Source: Paraspadella gotoi
Lineage: Eukaryota > Animalia > Chaetognatha
Reading direction: 5' to 3'
Length of the DNA stretch: 64,000 nt
NCBI GenBank assembly: GCA_051294375.1
Contig: CM119271.1
Location: 3,620,610-3,684,609 of the forward strand
Program-made: the position numbers and the translations under genes
In this document: one piece after another, positions 1 to 13,996 of the stretch
How positions within the stretch are numbered: the first letter of the stretch is position 1
Layout of the letters: each line of letters begins with the position of its first letter
Notes under the pieces: model-generated
What the model was told of the DNA's origin: nothing
The model's database searches: none
Seen by the model: the letters and a program-made list of their open reading frames with translations, nothing else

Positions 1-2356
1 TCTGTTTAGATTTGGACGAAGATTTGCACAAGATGTGATTTCTCCAGGAGTGACGTGACTTTTCGTGCGCACGTATTCGATATATTTCCCGTGCGATTTT
101 GATCGACAATCCGGGTTTTGGGTACAAACGACTGTAAATGTAAAACACACGTGCAATGCTTTTAAAAATACAACAATCGATATGAAAAAATCCCAAGAAA
201 CTCCAATAATAAGAAATATTAAGATTCGAAATGTACTACTCAGTGCTCAGATTTAGTAAGTATATATCTCCGACGCGTTTATTAGGCATAAGCAACTTTT
301 GACCCCAATATGATTTTTATGGGCAGTTGAAAGTCATAAGAATAAGAGAGTGTATGTCGCCTTGAAGGAAAAATATACGAAATAAGATAATATTTAAAGT
401 GCAAGTGAATTTGACAGGAGCAAATTAAGACGTAAACGCTATTAAACGATATCTTACACCAGCGTAAGATCTAAATAAAATGACTCAAGTTTTCAGTTTG
501 TCTTCCGAATCTAATTCCTTCACAAAATCCGTCATTAATCTCGTGAAAAACGTCACAAACGTCAGTCGTTATCATTTTTATTCACGTCACTCAAAGAGTT
601 ATTATTTTGTCTTCATTCGGACATATCGAAACGTCCAGTAAACGGCGCAGCGGACGATGCAGCTCGCGGCGGCGGAGCAGCGACCTGGCAGCGGCGGCAG
701 CTGAATCAGCGGCAGCTTTCCCNNNNNNNNNNNNNNNNNNNNNNNNNNNNNNNNNNNNNNNNNNNNNNNNNNNNNNNNNNNNNNNNNNNNNNNNNNNNNN
801 NNNNNNNNNNNNNNNNNNNNNNNNNNNNNNNNNNNNNNNNNNNNNNNNNNNNNNNNNNNNNNNNNNNNNNNNNNNNNNAGAACCCGCTTGAGAACCCATT
901 TTTGAGTTCTGAACCTGTTCAGTGTTAAAGCTCCCGATTTACTTTCGATATTGTAAAACTTGTGTAATTAAAAGAAAAAAACCCACTTTCTCGCATATAT
1001 ATATATAGTATTATATACCCGTATCTCTAATGAAAAGAAAGATAAAGAAATATATAACAATATAAATACAAGCACGAAACTTTCGTACTTGTATCCAACA
1101 AAGAAACAAAAAGAAATGACTCGTACCGTTTAACAATATGAAATAAAGAAAGTATACTATACTATTCTTGGATGTGACACTACAGCTTAACATATCTTTT
1201 TTTCAAAACGAGGTTCCGTGGAACGTCTTAAATAACTGGCATTGCAGTACGTTTTTACTTTAGATTTTTTATTTTTTTTCGTGCGCAACGCAACCACAAG
1301 AATAACGATTCGAATTTTTTTGGGTATTTTTTTATGGAGGGAAGGAAGAGGAAAGGGTATCTGGTGTCTGGGGAGACACATATGTAACGAAAGAAAGGGG
1401 AGAGANNNNNNNNNNNNNNNNNNNNNNNNNNNNNNNNNNNNNNNNNNNNNNNNNNNNNNNNNNNNNNNNNNNNNNNNNNNNNNNNNNNNNNNNNNNNNNN
1501 NNNNNNNNNNNNNNNNNNNNNNNNNAGAGAGAGAGAGAGAGAGATAAGAAAAAATATTGTGATCGACTCAAAATGGTTTTTAGTGAAAGTCCACTTCAGC
1601 TCAGAAAGTGAAGAGAAATCGCGATGAATGATTGTGATTGCATCTTCGTTGTAATCTGCGTTTGTTGTGCGGAAAAAAAAGCTTGTTTCGAAGCTTGTNN
1701 NNNNNNNNAAAAGGAAAAGGGGTGAAAAGGAAAACAGGGAAAAGGAAAAGGGTGAAAGGGAAAAAGGAATCTTATCTGGAAAAAGAAAAGTATCAAAGTT
1801 CTTCAGAGGGAGAGAAGGACGAATCAAGAATTGTCTTCACGCAGAGTGGGATAGCATGATGGACGAGATGAAATTGATAGAGAGAGAGAGAGAGNNNNNN
1901 NNNNNNNNNNNNNNNNNNNNNNNNNNNNNNNNNNNNNNNNNNNNNNNNNNNNNNNNNNNNNNNNNNNNNNNNNNNNNNNNNNNNNNNNNNNNNNNNNNNN
2001 NNNNNNNNNNNNNNNNNNNNNNNNNNNNNNNNNNNNNNNNNNNNNNNNNNNNNNNNNNNNNNNNNNNNNNNNNNNNNNNNNNNNNNNNNNNNNNNNNNNN
2101 NNNNNNNNNNNNNNNNNNNNNNNNNNNNNNTAGAAGCAAAAAAACATACATACTAAAATCTTAAATGTGAGAACAATTTTATGTATTTTTTGAATCGCAC
2201 GATCTCTGATAAATTCTGCTAGAAATCACAATTGTAAATATTAAGTATACAAAAAAAAATGCAATTATTATAATTATTTCATAGAAGGCCATTTTTAATT
2301 TTTCTTAAAGACGCTAATCAAAACGTAATGACCTCATCTCCTCAAAATCTTCCCCG

Positions 2357-2389
<33 letters not shown>

Positions 2390-2703
2390 NNNNNNNNNNN
2401 NNNNNNNNNNNNNNNNNNNNNNNNNNNNNNNNNNNNNNNNNNNNNNNNNNNNNNNNNNNNNNNNNNNNNNNNNNNNNNNNNNNNNNNNNNNNNNNNNNNN
2501 NNNNNNNNNNNNNNNNNNNNNNNNNNNNNNNNNNNNNNNNNNNNNNNNNNNNNNNNNNNNNNNNNNNNNNNNNNNNNNNNNNNNNNNNNNNNNNNNNNNN
2601 NNNNNNNNNNNNNNNNNNNNNNNNNNNNNNNNNNNNNNNNNNNNNNNAGAGATGGGGAAACAGATGATTCGCGGTGAAGGTTCATGATATAAATCGAGGG
2701 GTT

Positions 2704-2705
2704 GA

Positions 2706-2789
<84 letters not shown>

Positions 2790-2790
2790 A
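2704..2790. repeat. (GAAA)n microsatellite
   Basis: Pure tetranucleotide run; similar runs near 3390-3505, 46970-47050 and 52715-52805. Confidence 0.95.
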
Positions 2791-3447
2791 AAAAAAAGAC
2801 GGGACAGAAGGAAATGAAAAAAGACAATATATTGACATTGACTAATGCCTTATGTCATCTCAGAAGTCGATAGAAGAACAAGAGATCCGAACAACCAACC
2901 AAATAACCAACCAACCAACCAACCAACCAACCAACTAAATAATTAACCGTATAATTAATAACTATCTAGCCAGTAATCCAAACAAACAAAATAATAACAA
3001 TCAAATCAAGAAGACCAATCACAAAACTGAACGACCAGCAATCTTTTTGTCTCCGAAAATAAATGACGATGAATCTTTTCATTGAACAATCGACGTTGGC
3101 TCACGTTTTGAGGGTGATTTAAAATATAAATATGTTTATAATATATATACAATATAAAAATAAAAAACCATACGAGTTGGCTCTTTAACGTCGAAACGTT
3201 TGTTGGTTTTAAATTTAATGTTTCGTCAAATGAAAACGAGAACAACAAAGCGACGTTCGGACTCGATAACTAAACAAAACAAAAAACAACATAAACATCT
3301 CGATTCTCGGATCCAAAAGCTTTTTGGGGGTTTTGTGGTTCCAGTGCTTTTCGTTTCTGGTAATAAAAGAATGAAATAATAAAAAAAAGAAAGAAAAAGA
3401 GAAAGAAAGAAAGAAAGAGAGAAAGAAAGAAAGAAAGAAATAATGAG

Positions 3448-3506
<59 letters not shown>

Positions 3507-4826
3507 AAAAAAAAGAGAAATAAATAAAAGAAAAAGGAATTAAAAAAACGAGTTGAAAACGACGAGTATGCACTATGCACTATGCACTATGCACTTAAAT
3601 CATAAAAAAATCATCGGCGCAAATAGAATTTCGAGACTAATTATTAATTAAAATAGGAATCATAAAAACTAAAAAAAAAATATCCGAGTTAGAAATATCA
3701 AAATAACTTACCTGTTTAATTCCGAAACGAATGGCGAAAAGAAGAAAGAGAAAACGGGAAGAGTGAAATCAGTTGGATAAAAATGATATATATTTCGTAA
3801 TTCGTATTATGATTTTTAAACAAATACTGTATTACAAAAAAAAAGATTAAAACGAATCATTTTTAGTTTTCTAAACGACCGATTCAAAACGGGAGGAATG
3901 AGATGGAGTGAGAGAGAGAGAGAGAGAGGGAGAGAGAGAGAGAGAAAATTAAGTCTCTGGGAATAAAAAAAAATCACAAAACGCAAAAACTGGCATCCAG
4001 CCTCGAGACACCCGAGGCTCTCTCTCTCTCGCTCTCTCTCTGACGTTTTTTTTCCCAGTATATAACACTTCTCCGTTGATATAGATACAAAAAGGACGGG
4101 GTTCTTCGACCCAGCGATTTCCATCTATTTTTTTTCAACCAGTTGGAGTTTATTTAACGAGTTGTTTCATTCTATTTCTTTCCCCCAACTGATTAATATT
4201 TTTAAATGTCTTTTAAATTTTTTCGTTAAATGAAATAAATGTTTTTTTAGTCTCTCATTTATTTTCAGGCTTTTAAGGCGAGACCGTGTTATGTATCGGA
4301 CAATACCTAATATTTCTCTATCCCGTTCACTCTGATAACACGATCGTGCGTACAGAATTAGCGCGTACTCTGGCCGCTTCCCTCAACTAATAAACCCGGA
4401 CGCTTTCAAATGAAACAAAAAATGATAATAAAAAATGGGGAAAGGAAATTTTAAAAACCCCGAGCTTCTTATTGGTGCAAAATCCGAGCACCAGAGGTCG
4501 ACAGAGCTAGCTGATTGGTCTAAAATTTAGGGGCATATTCTCAATTAATCTCCATGCAGATGAAATTGAAACTGTGATTAAAAATCTAGAGAAGTTGTTT
4601 AATAAATTTTTTAAACTAAAAAAATAGTACTAAATAAAAAAAAACTCTTAAATATTTTTTAGAAAAAATCATTATTGTATTTTTCCTTTCTGTTTCATTG
4701 TGATTTATTAAAAAAATTTGAAATAAAATATTGTTTTATCATTTTGATTTTGCGTTATTCATAAGACTTCGACCATACTTGATTATTTAAATATTTATAT
4801 ATTATTTATTATATATATTATTTTTA

Positions 4827-7800
4827 AAAATAGTCCTGCCAACAGAAATTAATCCTGCTGTGAAAAAAAAATCCTGCTAAAGATTTCCGAGCTTTGGTTC
4901 AAAAATGCCTGTTTCCTGTCTCAGCAAAAAAATATTCCTGCATGAAAAATCCCTTATTCTTTATAGTAAAATAGTCTGCCACAGGAATTTTCCTGCTGTG
5001 AGAAAAATCTTCCAAAAAGATTTCCTAAATTTTGTTGAAAATGACTGTTCCGCCAGCAAAAAATCATTCTGCAGAAAATCCCTTTAATATTTTTAGTAAA
5101 TAGTCCGCAACCGAAATTATCCCTCTGACATAAAAAAATCCTCTAATAAGATTTCCTTGATTTGTTTAAAAGATGACTGTTCGCCAGCAAAAAGTCATTC
5201 CTGCATGAAAAATCCCTTTAATAATTTTTAGTAAAATAGTCCTGTCAACAGGAATTATTCCTGCTGTGGAAAAAAAATCTGCTATAAGATTTCCGAGCTT
5301 GGTTCAAAAAAGGACTGTTCCTGCCAGCAAAAAATCATTCCTGCATGAAAAATCCCTTAATATTTTAGTAAATAGTCCTGCAACAGAATTATTCCTGCTG
5401 TGGGAAAAAATCCTGCCAAAAAGATTTCCTAAGATTTTGTTTGAAAATGACATGTTCCTGCCAGCAAAAAATCATTCCTGCATGAAAAATCCTTTATATT
5501 TTAGTAAAATAGCCTGCACAGGAATTATTCTGCTGTGAGAAAAAATCCTGCAAAAGATTTCTAAGATTTGTTTGAAAAATGACTTTCTGCCAACAAAAAT
5601 CATTCCTGCCATCAAAAAATCCCCTTTAATATTTGTAGTAAAATAGTCCTGCAACAGAAATAATCCTGCTGTGAGAAAATCTGCTAATAAGATTTCCTTG
5701 GATTTGTTTGAAATGACTGTTCCTGCCAGCAAAAGTCATTCCTGCCATGAAAATCCCCTTAATATTTTAGTAAAATAGTCCTGCAACAGAAATTAATCTG
5801 CTGTAAAAAAAAATCCTGCTAATAAGCTTTCCCGAGCTTTGGTTCAAAATGCTGTCCTGCAGCAAAAAATCATTCCTGCATGAAAAATCCCTTTATTATT
5901 TATAGTAAAATAGTCCTGCACGGAATTATTCCTGCTGGTGAGAAAAAATCTTCCAAAAAAGATTTCCTAAATTTTGTTTGAAAATGACTGTTCCGCCGCA
6001 AAAAATCATCTCCATGAAAAATCCCCTTAATATTTTAGTAAATAGTCCTGCCAACCGAAATATCTGTGTCATAAAAAAATTGCTAATAAGATTTCTTGGA
6101 TTTTGTTCCTGCCAGCAAAAGTCATTCTGCCATGAAAAATCACCTTTAATATTTTTGTGAAAATAGGTTCCTGCCAGAGAAATTATTCTCTGTGAGAACA
6201 AAAAACCTGCTAATAGATTTCCGAGCTTTGGTCAAAAAATGACTGTTCCTGCCAGAAAATATCATTCCTGCCATGAAAATCCCTTTAATATTTTAGTAAA
6301 TAGTCCTGCACAGAAATTATTCCAGTTGTGAGAAAAAACCTGCCAAAAAGATTCTAGATTTTGTTGAAAATGACTGTTCCTGCCAGCAAAAATCATCTGC
6401 ATGAAAAATTCCTTAATATTTTAGTAAATAGTCCTGCCACAGAAAATATTCCTGCTGTGAGAAAAAATCTGCCAAAAAATTCCTCAGATTTTTTTGAAAA
6501 ATGATGTTCCTGCAACCAAAAATCATTCTGCCATGAAATCCCTTTAAATATTTTTATAAAATGTCTGCCAACCGAAATTAATCCTGCGTGAGAAAAAATC
6601 CTGCTAATAATTTCCTTGGATTTTGTTTGAAAATGACTGTCCTGCAGCAAAAAAGTCATTCTGCATGAAAAAATCCCTTAATATCTTTAGTTAAATAGTC
6701 CTGCACAGAAATATTCTGCTGTGGAAAAAAAATCCTGCCAAAAGATTCCTCAGATTTTGTTTGAAATTCTGTTCTGCAACAAAAAATCATTCCTGCCATG
6801 AAATCCCTTTAATATTTTTAGTAAAATAGTCTTGCCACAGAAATTAATCCTGCTGTGAGAAAAAAAATCCTGCTAATAAGATTTCCCGAGCTTGTTCAAA
6901 AATGCCTGTTCCTGCCAGAAAAAATATTCCTGCCATGAAAAAATCCCCTTTAATATTTAGTAAAATAGTCCTGCCAAAGGAATATTATGCTGTGAGAAAA
7001 TATCCTCCAAAAAGATTCCTAAGATTTTTTTAAAAAATGACTGTTCTGCAGCAAAAAATCATGCTGCATGAAAAATCCCTTTAATATTTTTAGTAAAATG
7101 TCTGCCAACAGAAAATATTCCTGCTTGAGAAAAAAATCCTGCCAAAAAGATTTCCTCGATTTTGTTTGAAAATGACTGTTCCTGCAACAAAAATTCATTT
7201 GAGAAAATCCTTTAATTTTTAGTAAATAGTCCTGCACAGAATTATCCTGTACGAGAAAAAAATCCTGCCAAAAAGATTTCTAAGATTTGTTTGAAAAATG
7301 ACTGTCCTGCAGCAAAAAATCATTCCTGCCATGAAAAATCCCCTTTAATATTTTTAGTAAATATCCTGCCAACAGAAATTATTCCTGCTTAAGAAAAAAT
7401 CCTGCCAAAGAGATTTCCTACGATTTTGTTGGAAAATGACTGTTCCTGCAGCAAAAATCATTCCGCCATGAAAAATCCCCTTTATTCTTTAGTAAAATAA
7501 TCCTGCCAACAGAATTAATCCTGCTGGAGAAAAAATCCTGCTAATAAGATTTCCTTGAAATTTTGTTTTCATGAATGACTGTTCTGCCAGCAAAAAAATC
7601 CTGCATGAAAAATCCCCTTTAATATTTTTAGTAAAATAGTCCTCCAACCCAGAAATTAATCCTGCTGTGATGAAAAAATCCTGCTATAAGATTTCCTTGG
7701 ATTTGGTTTGAAAAATGACTGTTCTTGCCAGCAAAAGTCATCCTGCCATGAAAAAATCCCTTTAATATCTTTAGTAAAATAGTCCTGCAACAGGAATTAT

Positions 7801-10800
7801 TCCTGCTGTGAGAAAAAAATCCTGCCAAAAAGATTTCGCTAAGATTTTGTTTGAAAATGACTGTTCCTGCAGCAAAAAATCATTCCTGCCATGAAAATCC
7901 CTTTAATATTTTTAGTAAAATAGTCCTGCCAACAGGATAATTCTGCTGTGGAGAAAAAAATCCTGCTATAAGATTTCCTTGGATTTGTTTGAAAAAATGA
8001 CTGTCCTGCCAGCAAAAAGTCCTTCCTGCATGAAAAATCCCTTAAAATTTTAGTAAAATAGTCCGCACTGAAATTAAATTCCTGCTGTAAGAAAAAATCT
8101 GCTAATAAATTTCTTCGACTTTTGTTGAAAAATGACTGTTCCTGCCAGCAAAAAGTCATTCCTGCCATGAAAATCCTTTTTTATTTTTAGTAAATAGTTC
8201 CTGAAACAGAAATTATTCTTGCTGTGAGAAAAAAATCCTGCTTAATAAGATTTCCTTCGATTTTGGTTTGAAAAATGACTGTTCTGCAGCAAAAAGTCAT
8301 TCTGCCATCGAAAAATCCCTTTAAAATTTTTTAGTAAAATAGTCCTGCACTGAAATTAATCCGCTGTAAGAAAAAATCCTGCTAATAGATTTCCTTGGAT
8401 TTTGTTTGAAAAATGACTGTTCCTGCCAGCAAAAAGTCATTCCTGCTATGAAAAATCCTCTTAAATAATTTTTAGTTAAAATAGTCTGCAACAGAATTTT
8501 CCTGCTACGAGAAAAAAATCTGCCAAAAGATTTCTAAGATTTTGTTTGGAACAATGACTGTTCTGCCAGCAAAAATTCATTCTGCCAGCAAAAAATCATT
8601 CCTGCCATGAAATCCCTTTAATATTTTTAGTAAATAGTCCTTCAACAGAAATTATTCTGCTGTAAGAAAAAATCCTGCAAAGAGATTTCTACGATTTTCT
8701 TTAAAAATGACTGTTCTGCAGAAAAATATTCCTGCCTGAAATCCGCTTTCATTCTTTTATAAAATATCCTGCCAACAGAAATTAATCCTGCTGTGAGAAA
8801 AAAATCTGCCTAATAAGATTTCCGTTGAATTTTGTTTCATAATGACTGTTCTGCCAAGCAAAAAAAATTCCTGCAAAACCTTTAATATTTTTAGTAAAAT
8901 AGTGCCTGCAAAGAAATTAAATCGCTGCTGTGAGAAAAATCGTGCTATAGTTATCGCTAAGCTTTGTTGAAGAATTCACTGTTCTGCAGCAAAAAATCAT
9001 TCTGCATGAAAAATCCCTTTAATATTTCTAGTAAAATGTCCTGCCACAGAATTATTCCTGCTGTGAGAAAAATCCTGCAAAAGATTTCTAAGATTTGTCG
9101 AAATACTGTTCTGCAGCAAAAAGCATTCCTGCATGAATCCCTTTTAATATTTTAGTAAAATAGTCCTGCACGAAATTATTCCTGCTGTAGGAAAAAAATC
9201 CTGCTAATGAGATTTCCTAAGATTTTGTTTGAAAATGACTGTTCCTGCAGCAAAAAGTATGACAGATGCTGATAAAAGAGGATGATGTAGCGCTATATTA
9301 TGTATGAGATGGAGGATTTATATGATGTAGTAGTAGTATGAGGATGAGATGATCTTGAAAGAGTGGAAATTATTCCTGCTGTCATAAAAAATCTTGCTAA
9401 TAAGATTTCCTTGGATTTGTAAAAGATGCTGTTCTGCACAAAGTCTTCCTGCATGAATCCTGTAGATATTTTGTAAATATCTGCCAACAGAAATTAAATC
9501 TGGCTGTGAAAAAATCTGCTCATAAGATTTCCGAGCTTGTTTCAAAAATGCTGTTCCTGCAGCAAAAAATCTTCCTGCATAAAATCCTTTATTAGTTAAG
9601 TAAATAGTCCTTGAACAGGAATTATTCGCTGTTGTTAGAAAAAATCCTGCCACAAAGATTTCCCAAATTTGTTTGAAAATGACTGTTCCGCGGCCAGCAA
9701 AAAATCATTCCTGCATGAAGACCCTTTAATATTTAGTAAAATAGTCTGCACCGAAAATTAATTCCTGCTGTCATAAAAAATCTGCTAATAAGATTTCCTT
9801 GATTTTGTTAAAAAGATGACTGTTCCTGCATGCAAATTTGTCATTCTGCCAATGAAAATCCTTTATTTTAGTGAATAGTCCTGCCAGAAAATTTTCTGCT
9901 TGAGAAAAAAACTGCTAATAAGATTTCCGGCTTTGGTCAAAAATGACTGGTTCCTGCCAGCAAAAAATCATTCCTGCCATGAAAAATCCCTTTATATTTT
10001 TAGTAAAATATCTGCCACAGAAATTATTCACTGTTGTGAGAAAAAACTGCAAAGATTTCCTAGATTTTGTTTGAAAAATGACTGTTCCTGCAGCAAAATC
10101 ATTTGCCAATGAAAATCCTTTGATATTTTTAGTAAAATAGTCTGCAACAGAAATTTCTGCTGTGAGAAAAAAATCCTGCAAAAGATTTTCTCAGATTTTG
10201 TTTGAGAAAATGACTGTTCCTGCACAAATCATTCTGCCATGAAAAATCCTTTAATATTTTTAGAACAGTCTGCAACCGAAATAATCTTGCTGTGAGAAAA
10301 AAATCCTGCTAATAAGATTCCTTGATTGTTGTTGAAAAATGATGTTCTGCAGCAAAAGCATTTTCCTGCCATGAAATCCCTTTAATATTTTAGTTAAATA
10401 GTCGCACAGAAATTTCTGCTGTGAAAAAATCTGCAAAGATTTCTAAGATTTGTTTGAAAAATGAACTGTTTCCTGCCAACAAAAAATCTTCTGCATGAAA
10501 ATCCTTTAATATTTTAGTAAATAGTCTGCCACTAGAAATAATCTCTGTGAGAAAAAATCTGCTAATAAGATTTCCGAGCTTTGGTTCAAAAAATGCCTGT
10601 TCTGCAGAAAACATCATTCTGCATGAAATCTTTACTATTTTAGTAAATTGTCCTGCAACAGGAATATTCCTGTGTGAGAAAATATTTGCAAAGATTTCTA
10701 AGATTTTGTTGAAAAATGACTGTTCTGCCAGCAAAAATATTCCTGCATGAAAATCCCTTAAATATTTTTAGTAAATAGTCTGCAAGAATTTCCTGTGTGA

Positions 10801-11600
10801 GAAAAATCTGCAAAGATTTCTCAGATTTGTTTGAAATGACTTTTTCTGCCACAAAATCATTCTGCCATGAAAATCCTTTATATTTTTAGTAAAATAGTCT
10901 GCAACAGATTATCTGCGTGAGAAAATCTGCTAATAGATTTCCTAAGATTTGTTGAAAAATGACTGTTCTGCAGCAAAACAGTCATTCTGCATGAAATCCT
11001 TTAATTTTAGAAAATAGTCTGCACGAAAATATTCCTGCTGTGAGAAAAAATCGCAAAAGATTATCCTCAGATTTTGTTTGTAAAATGACTGTTCTGCAAA
11101 AAAATTATTCCTGCCATGAAAAATCTTTTAATATTTTTAGTAAATAGTCTGCAACAGAATTAATCTGCTGTGCGAAAATACCGCTAATAAGATTTCTTGG
11201 ATTTGTTTGAAAATGACTGTTACCTGCATCAAAAAGTCATTCTGCCATGAAAATCCCTTTAATATTTTAGTAATAGTGCTGCAAGGATTTATCTGCTGTG
11301 AGAAAAAATTCCTGCAAAAAGATTCCAAGATTGTTTGCAAATGACTGTTCCCAGAAAAATCTTCTGCATGAAAATCCCCTTTATATTTTAGTAAAATAGT
11401 CCTGCCAACAGGAATTATTCCTGCTGTGAGAAAAAAATCCTGCTAATAGATTTCTTGGATTTTGTTTGAAACTGACTGTTCCTGCCAGCAAAAGTCATTC
11501 CGCCCATGAAAATCGCCTTTACTATTTTTAGTAAAATAGTCCTGCCAACTGAAATTTAATCCTGCTGTAAGAAAAAAATCCTGCTAATAAGATTGCCATT
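4827..11600. repeat. Tandem satellite array, ~135 bp monomer, roughly 50 copies
   Basis: Approximate consensus: AATAGTCCTGCCAACAGAAATTAATCCTGCTGTGAGAAAAAAATCCTGCTAATAAGATTTCCTTGGATTTTGTTTGAAAATGACTGTTCCTGCCAGCAAAAAATCATTCCTGCCATGAAAAATCCCTTTAATATTTTTAGTAA, repeated head-to-tail. One unrelated ~110 bp interruption at ~9258-9365. Confidence 0.97.
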
Positions 11601-11826
11601 CTTTTTTGTTTCAATCTGCCAGGGTGATAATCCTGCTGTAAAAAAGTCGCTGAAGACCAATCAAAAAAAAAACGTTCTGGCAATATATCAATCCTGCTAG
11701 GAAATCCGCTGATTACAATCAGAGTGATCCTGCAGTCCTGCTTATCTTATTTTCCGAAAATTCGTAGGTTTTTTTTTATCGCTAAATCCTGCAAATCTGA
11801 CCCCACTTCCTGGCAATGAGCAGAAC

Positions 11827-12854
11827 ACAAGATCTGGCAATTTTCAAAAGGAGTTTCAGTCAACAAACCCGAAATTTTTTTTTTTTGGAATGTCCTCTTG
11901 TGCCATAAGACTACGATTATTGGGTTATGACCCAAAAAAAGTCCAGTTTGTCAAAAGGCTCGTGACGCAAAAAAAGTTCCAGTCGTAGTTCAAAGCCCGT
12001 CATTTAAAAACGATTACCTTGAAATTTTCGGGGCTTTGAGTCGAAGCACTCGGCATAATTCCACAGGTGGAAGTTCCATTTTTTTGGACATGACATTGAT
12101 TTATGAAAATGATTGTATCATGTATACACTACCATTATGTATAAATGTATACATTTATACGTTTTGGCGTTTCTTGTATATGAAAATTGCAATTTCTCTT
12201 TTAAGTTTTTAGATTTTAATAATATTCATTAAAATTATTTAATTTCAAATTCTTTACTTTTCTTTTATATATTATTATCATTGTTTTTATTCATTTTGAT
12301 TTTTGAAATCTAAATGGGTTGTGAGTGTTGTCTTCTGGAGATAGAGGGAGCCTCTATACAACCCAAGGTTAAATTTACTTCCCTGCCCTAGTTTTGTTAA
12401 ATTCTTAATTTTGCTTTTCTATTAATTTTCTTCTTCTCATCTCTCTCCTTCTCTCCTAACTTTTCTCTTCCCGCTCGAAACTCGTAAACTCTGCTGACTT
12501 TTTTTATCCTCTCTCTCTTCATCTCTCACATCCTGGAACAAAAAAAAATTTTTTTCTGGCACAGCATTAAAAGCTAATTACATTCAATGGACATTTACTC
12601 TGTCTGCTCTCGCTCCGTCCAGGTGTCTCTCTCTCTCTCTCTCTCTCTGCGTCTCTCTTCTCTCTCTCTCGTCTCTCTCTTCTCTCTCTCTTCCTCTCTC
12701 TCGTCGCTGTCTCGAAACATAGTGAGAGAGAGAAAAGGAGAAGAGGAAACGGCGTTAATGCTATTAAAGCCTTCCATTTCCTAGGCCGTGACCCTTTCCT
12801 TCGCTATTACGCGTAGCGGCTTGTGATGTATGAATGGAAACCCAACGGGCCGTC

Positions 12855-12935
<81 letters not shown>

Positions 12936-13138
12936 GAGTGGNNNNNNNNNNNNNNNNNNNNNNNNNAGAGACACACTCGGACGGGAGCGAGAGAGACAGA
13001 GTAAATTCCATTTGATGTAATTAGCTTTTAATGCTTTGCCAGAAAAAGATTTTTTTTTGTTCCAGGATGTGAGAGAGAGAGAGAGAGAATAAAAAAGTCA
13101 GGCAGAGTTTACGAGTTGAGCGGGAAAGAGAAAGTTAG

Positions 13139-13170
<32 letters not shown>

Positions 13171-13779
13171 AAATAGAAAAGAAAATTTAATAATTTAACA
13201 AAACTAGGGCAGGAAGTAATTATAACCTTGGGTTGTATAGATGCTCCCTCTATCTCCAGAAGACAACACTCACAACCCATTTAGATTTTCAAAAAATCAA
13301 AATGAATAAAAAACAATGATAATAATTATAAAAGTAAAAAGTAAAGAATTTGAAATAAATAATTTTAATGAATATTATAAAATCTAAAACTTAAAAAGAG
13401 AAAATTTGCAATTTTCATATACAAGAAAACGCCCAAAACGTATAATTGTATACATTTATACATAATGGTATGTATACATGATACAATACATTTTGTAAAC
13501 TCAATGTCATGTCCAAAAAATGAACTTCCACCTGGTGGAATTACTGCCGAGTGCTTCGACTCAAAAGCCCCGAAAATTTCAAGGGTAATCGTTTTTAAAT
13601 GACGGGGCTTTGAACTCCGACTGGGAACTTTTTGGTCACGAGTCCTTTGACAAACTGGGACTTTTTTTGGGTCATAACCAATAATCGTAGTCTTAGTCGG
13701 CACAAGAGACATTTCCAAAAAAAAAAAAAAAATATTCGGGTTTGTGACTGAACTCCTTTGAAAATTTGCCAGATCTTGT
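11827..13779. repeat. Inverted repeat with ~810 bp arms (11827-~12640 and 12967-13779)
   Basis: ACAAGATCTGGCAATTTTCAAAAGGAGTT at 11827 mirrors AACTCCTTTGAAAATTTGCCAGATCTTGT ending at 13779. The arms differ mostly by indels, and a 25-N gap lies at 12942-12966. Confidence 0.9.
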
Positions 13780-13874
13780 CGGGTGGAATTAATAGGAACA
13801 ATCGTAAAAGCAAAGATATACTAGTTTAATCACTCATTTTGCTTCCAGACAGAACTTTTAAAAGGGCGTTGCTT

Positions 13875-13996
<122 letters not shown>

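Noticed and set aside
591-899. Ala/Arg-rich GC patch and ORFs spanning a gap
   Set aside because: Only ~120 readable bases, truncated by Ns. It could be an exon but cannot be supported.
4905-11340. Many short ORFs across the satellite
   Set aside because: They are translations of the tandem monomer with constant frameshifts and no domain.
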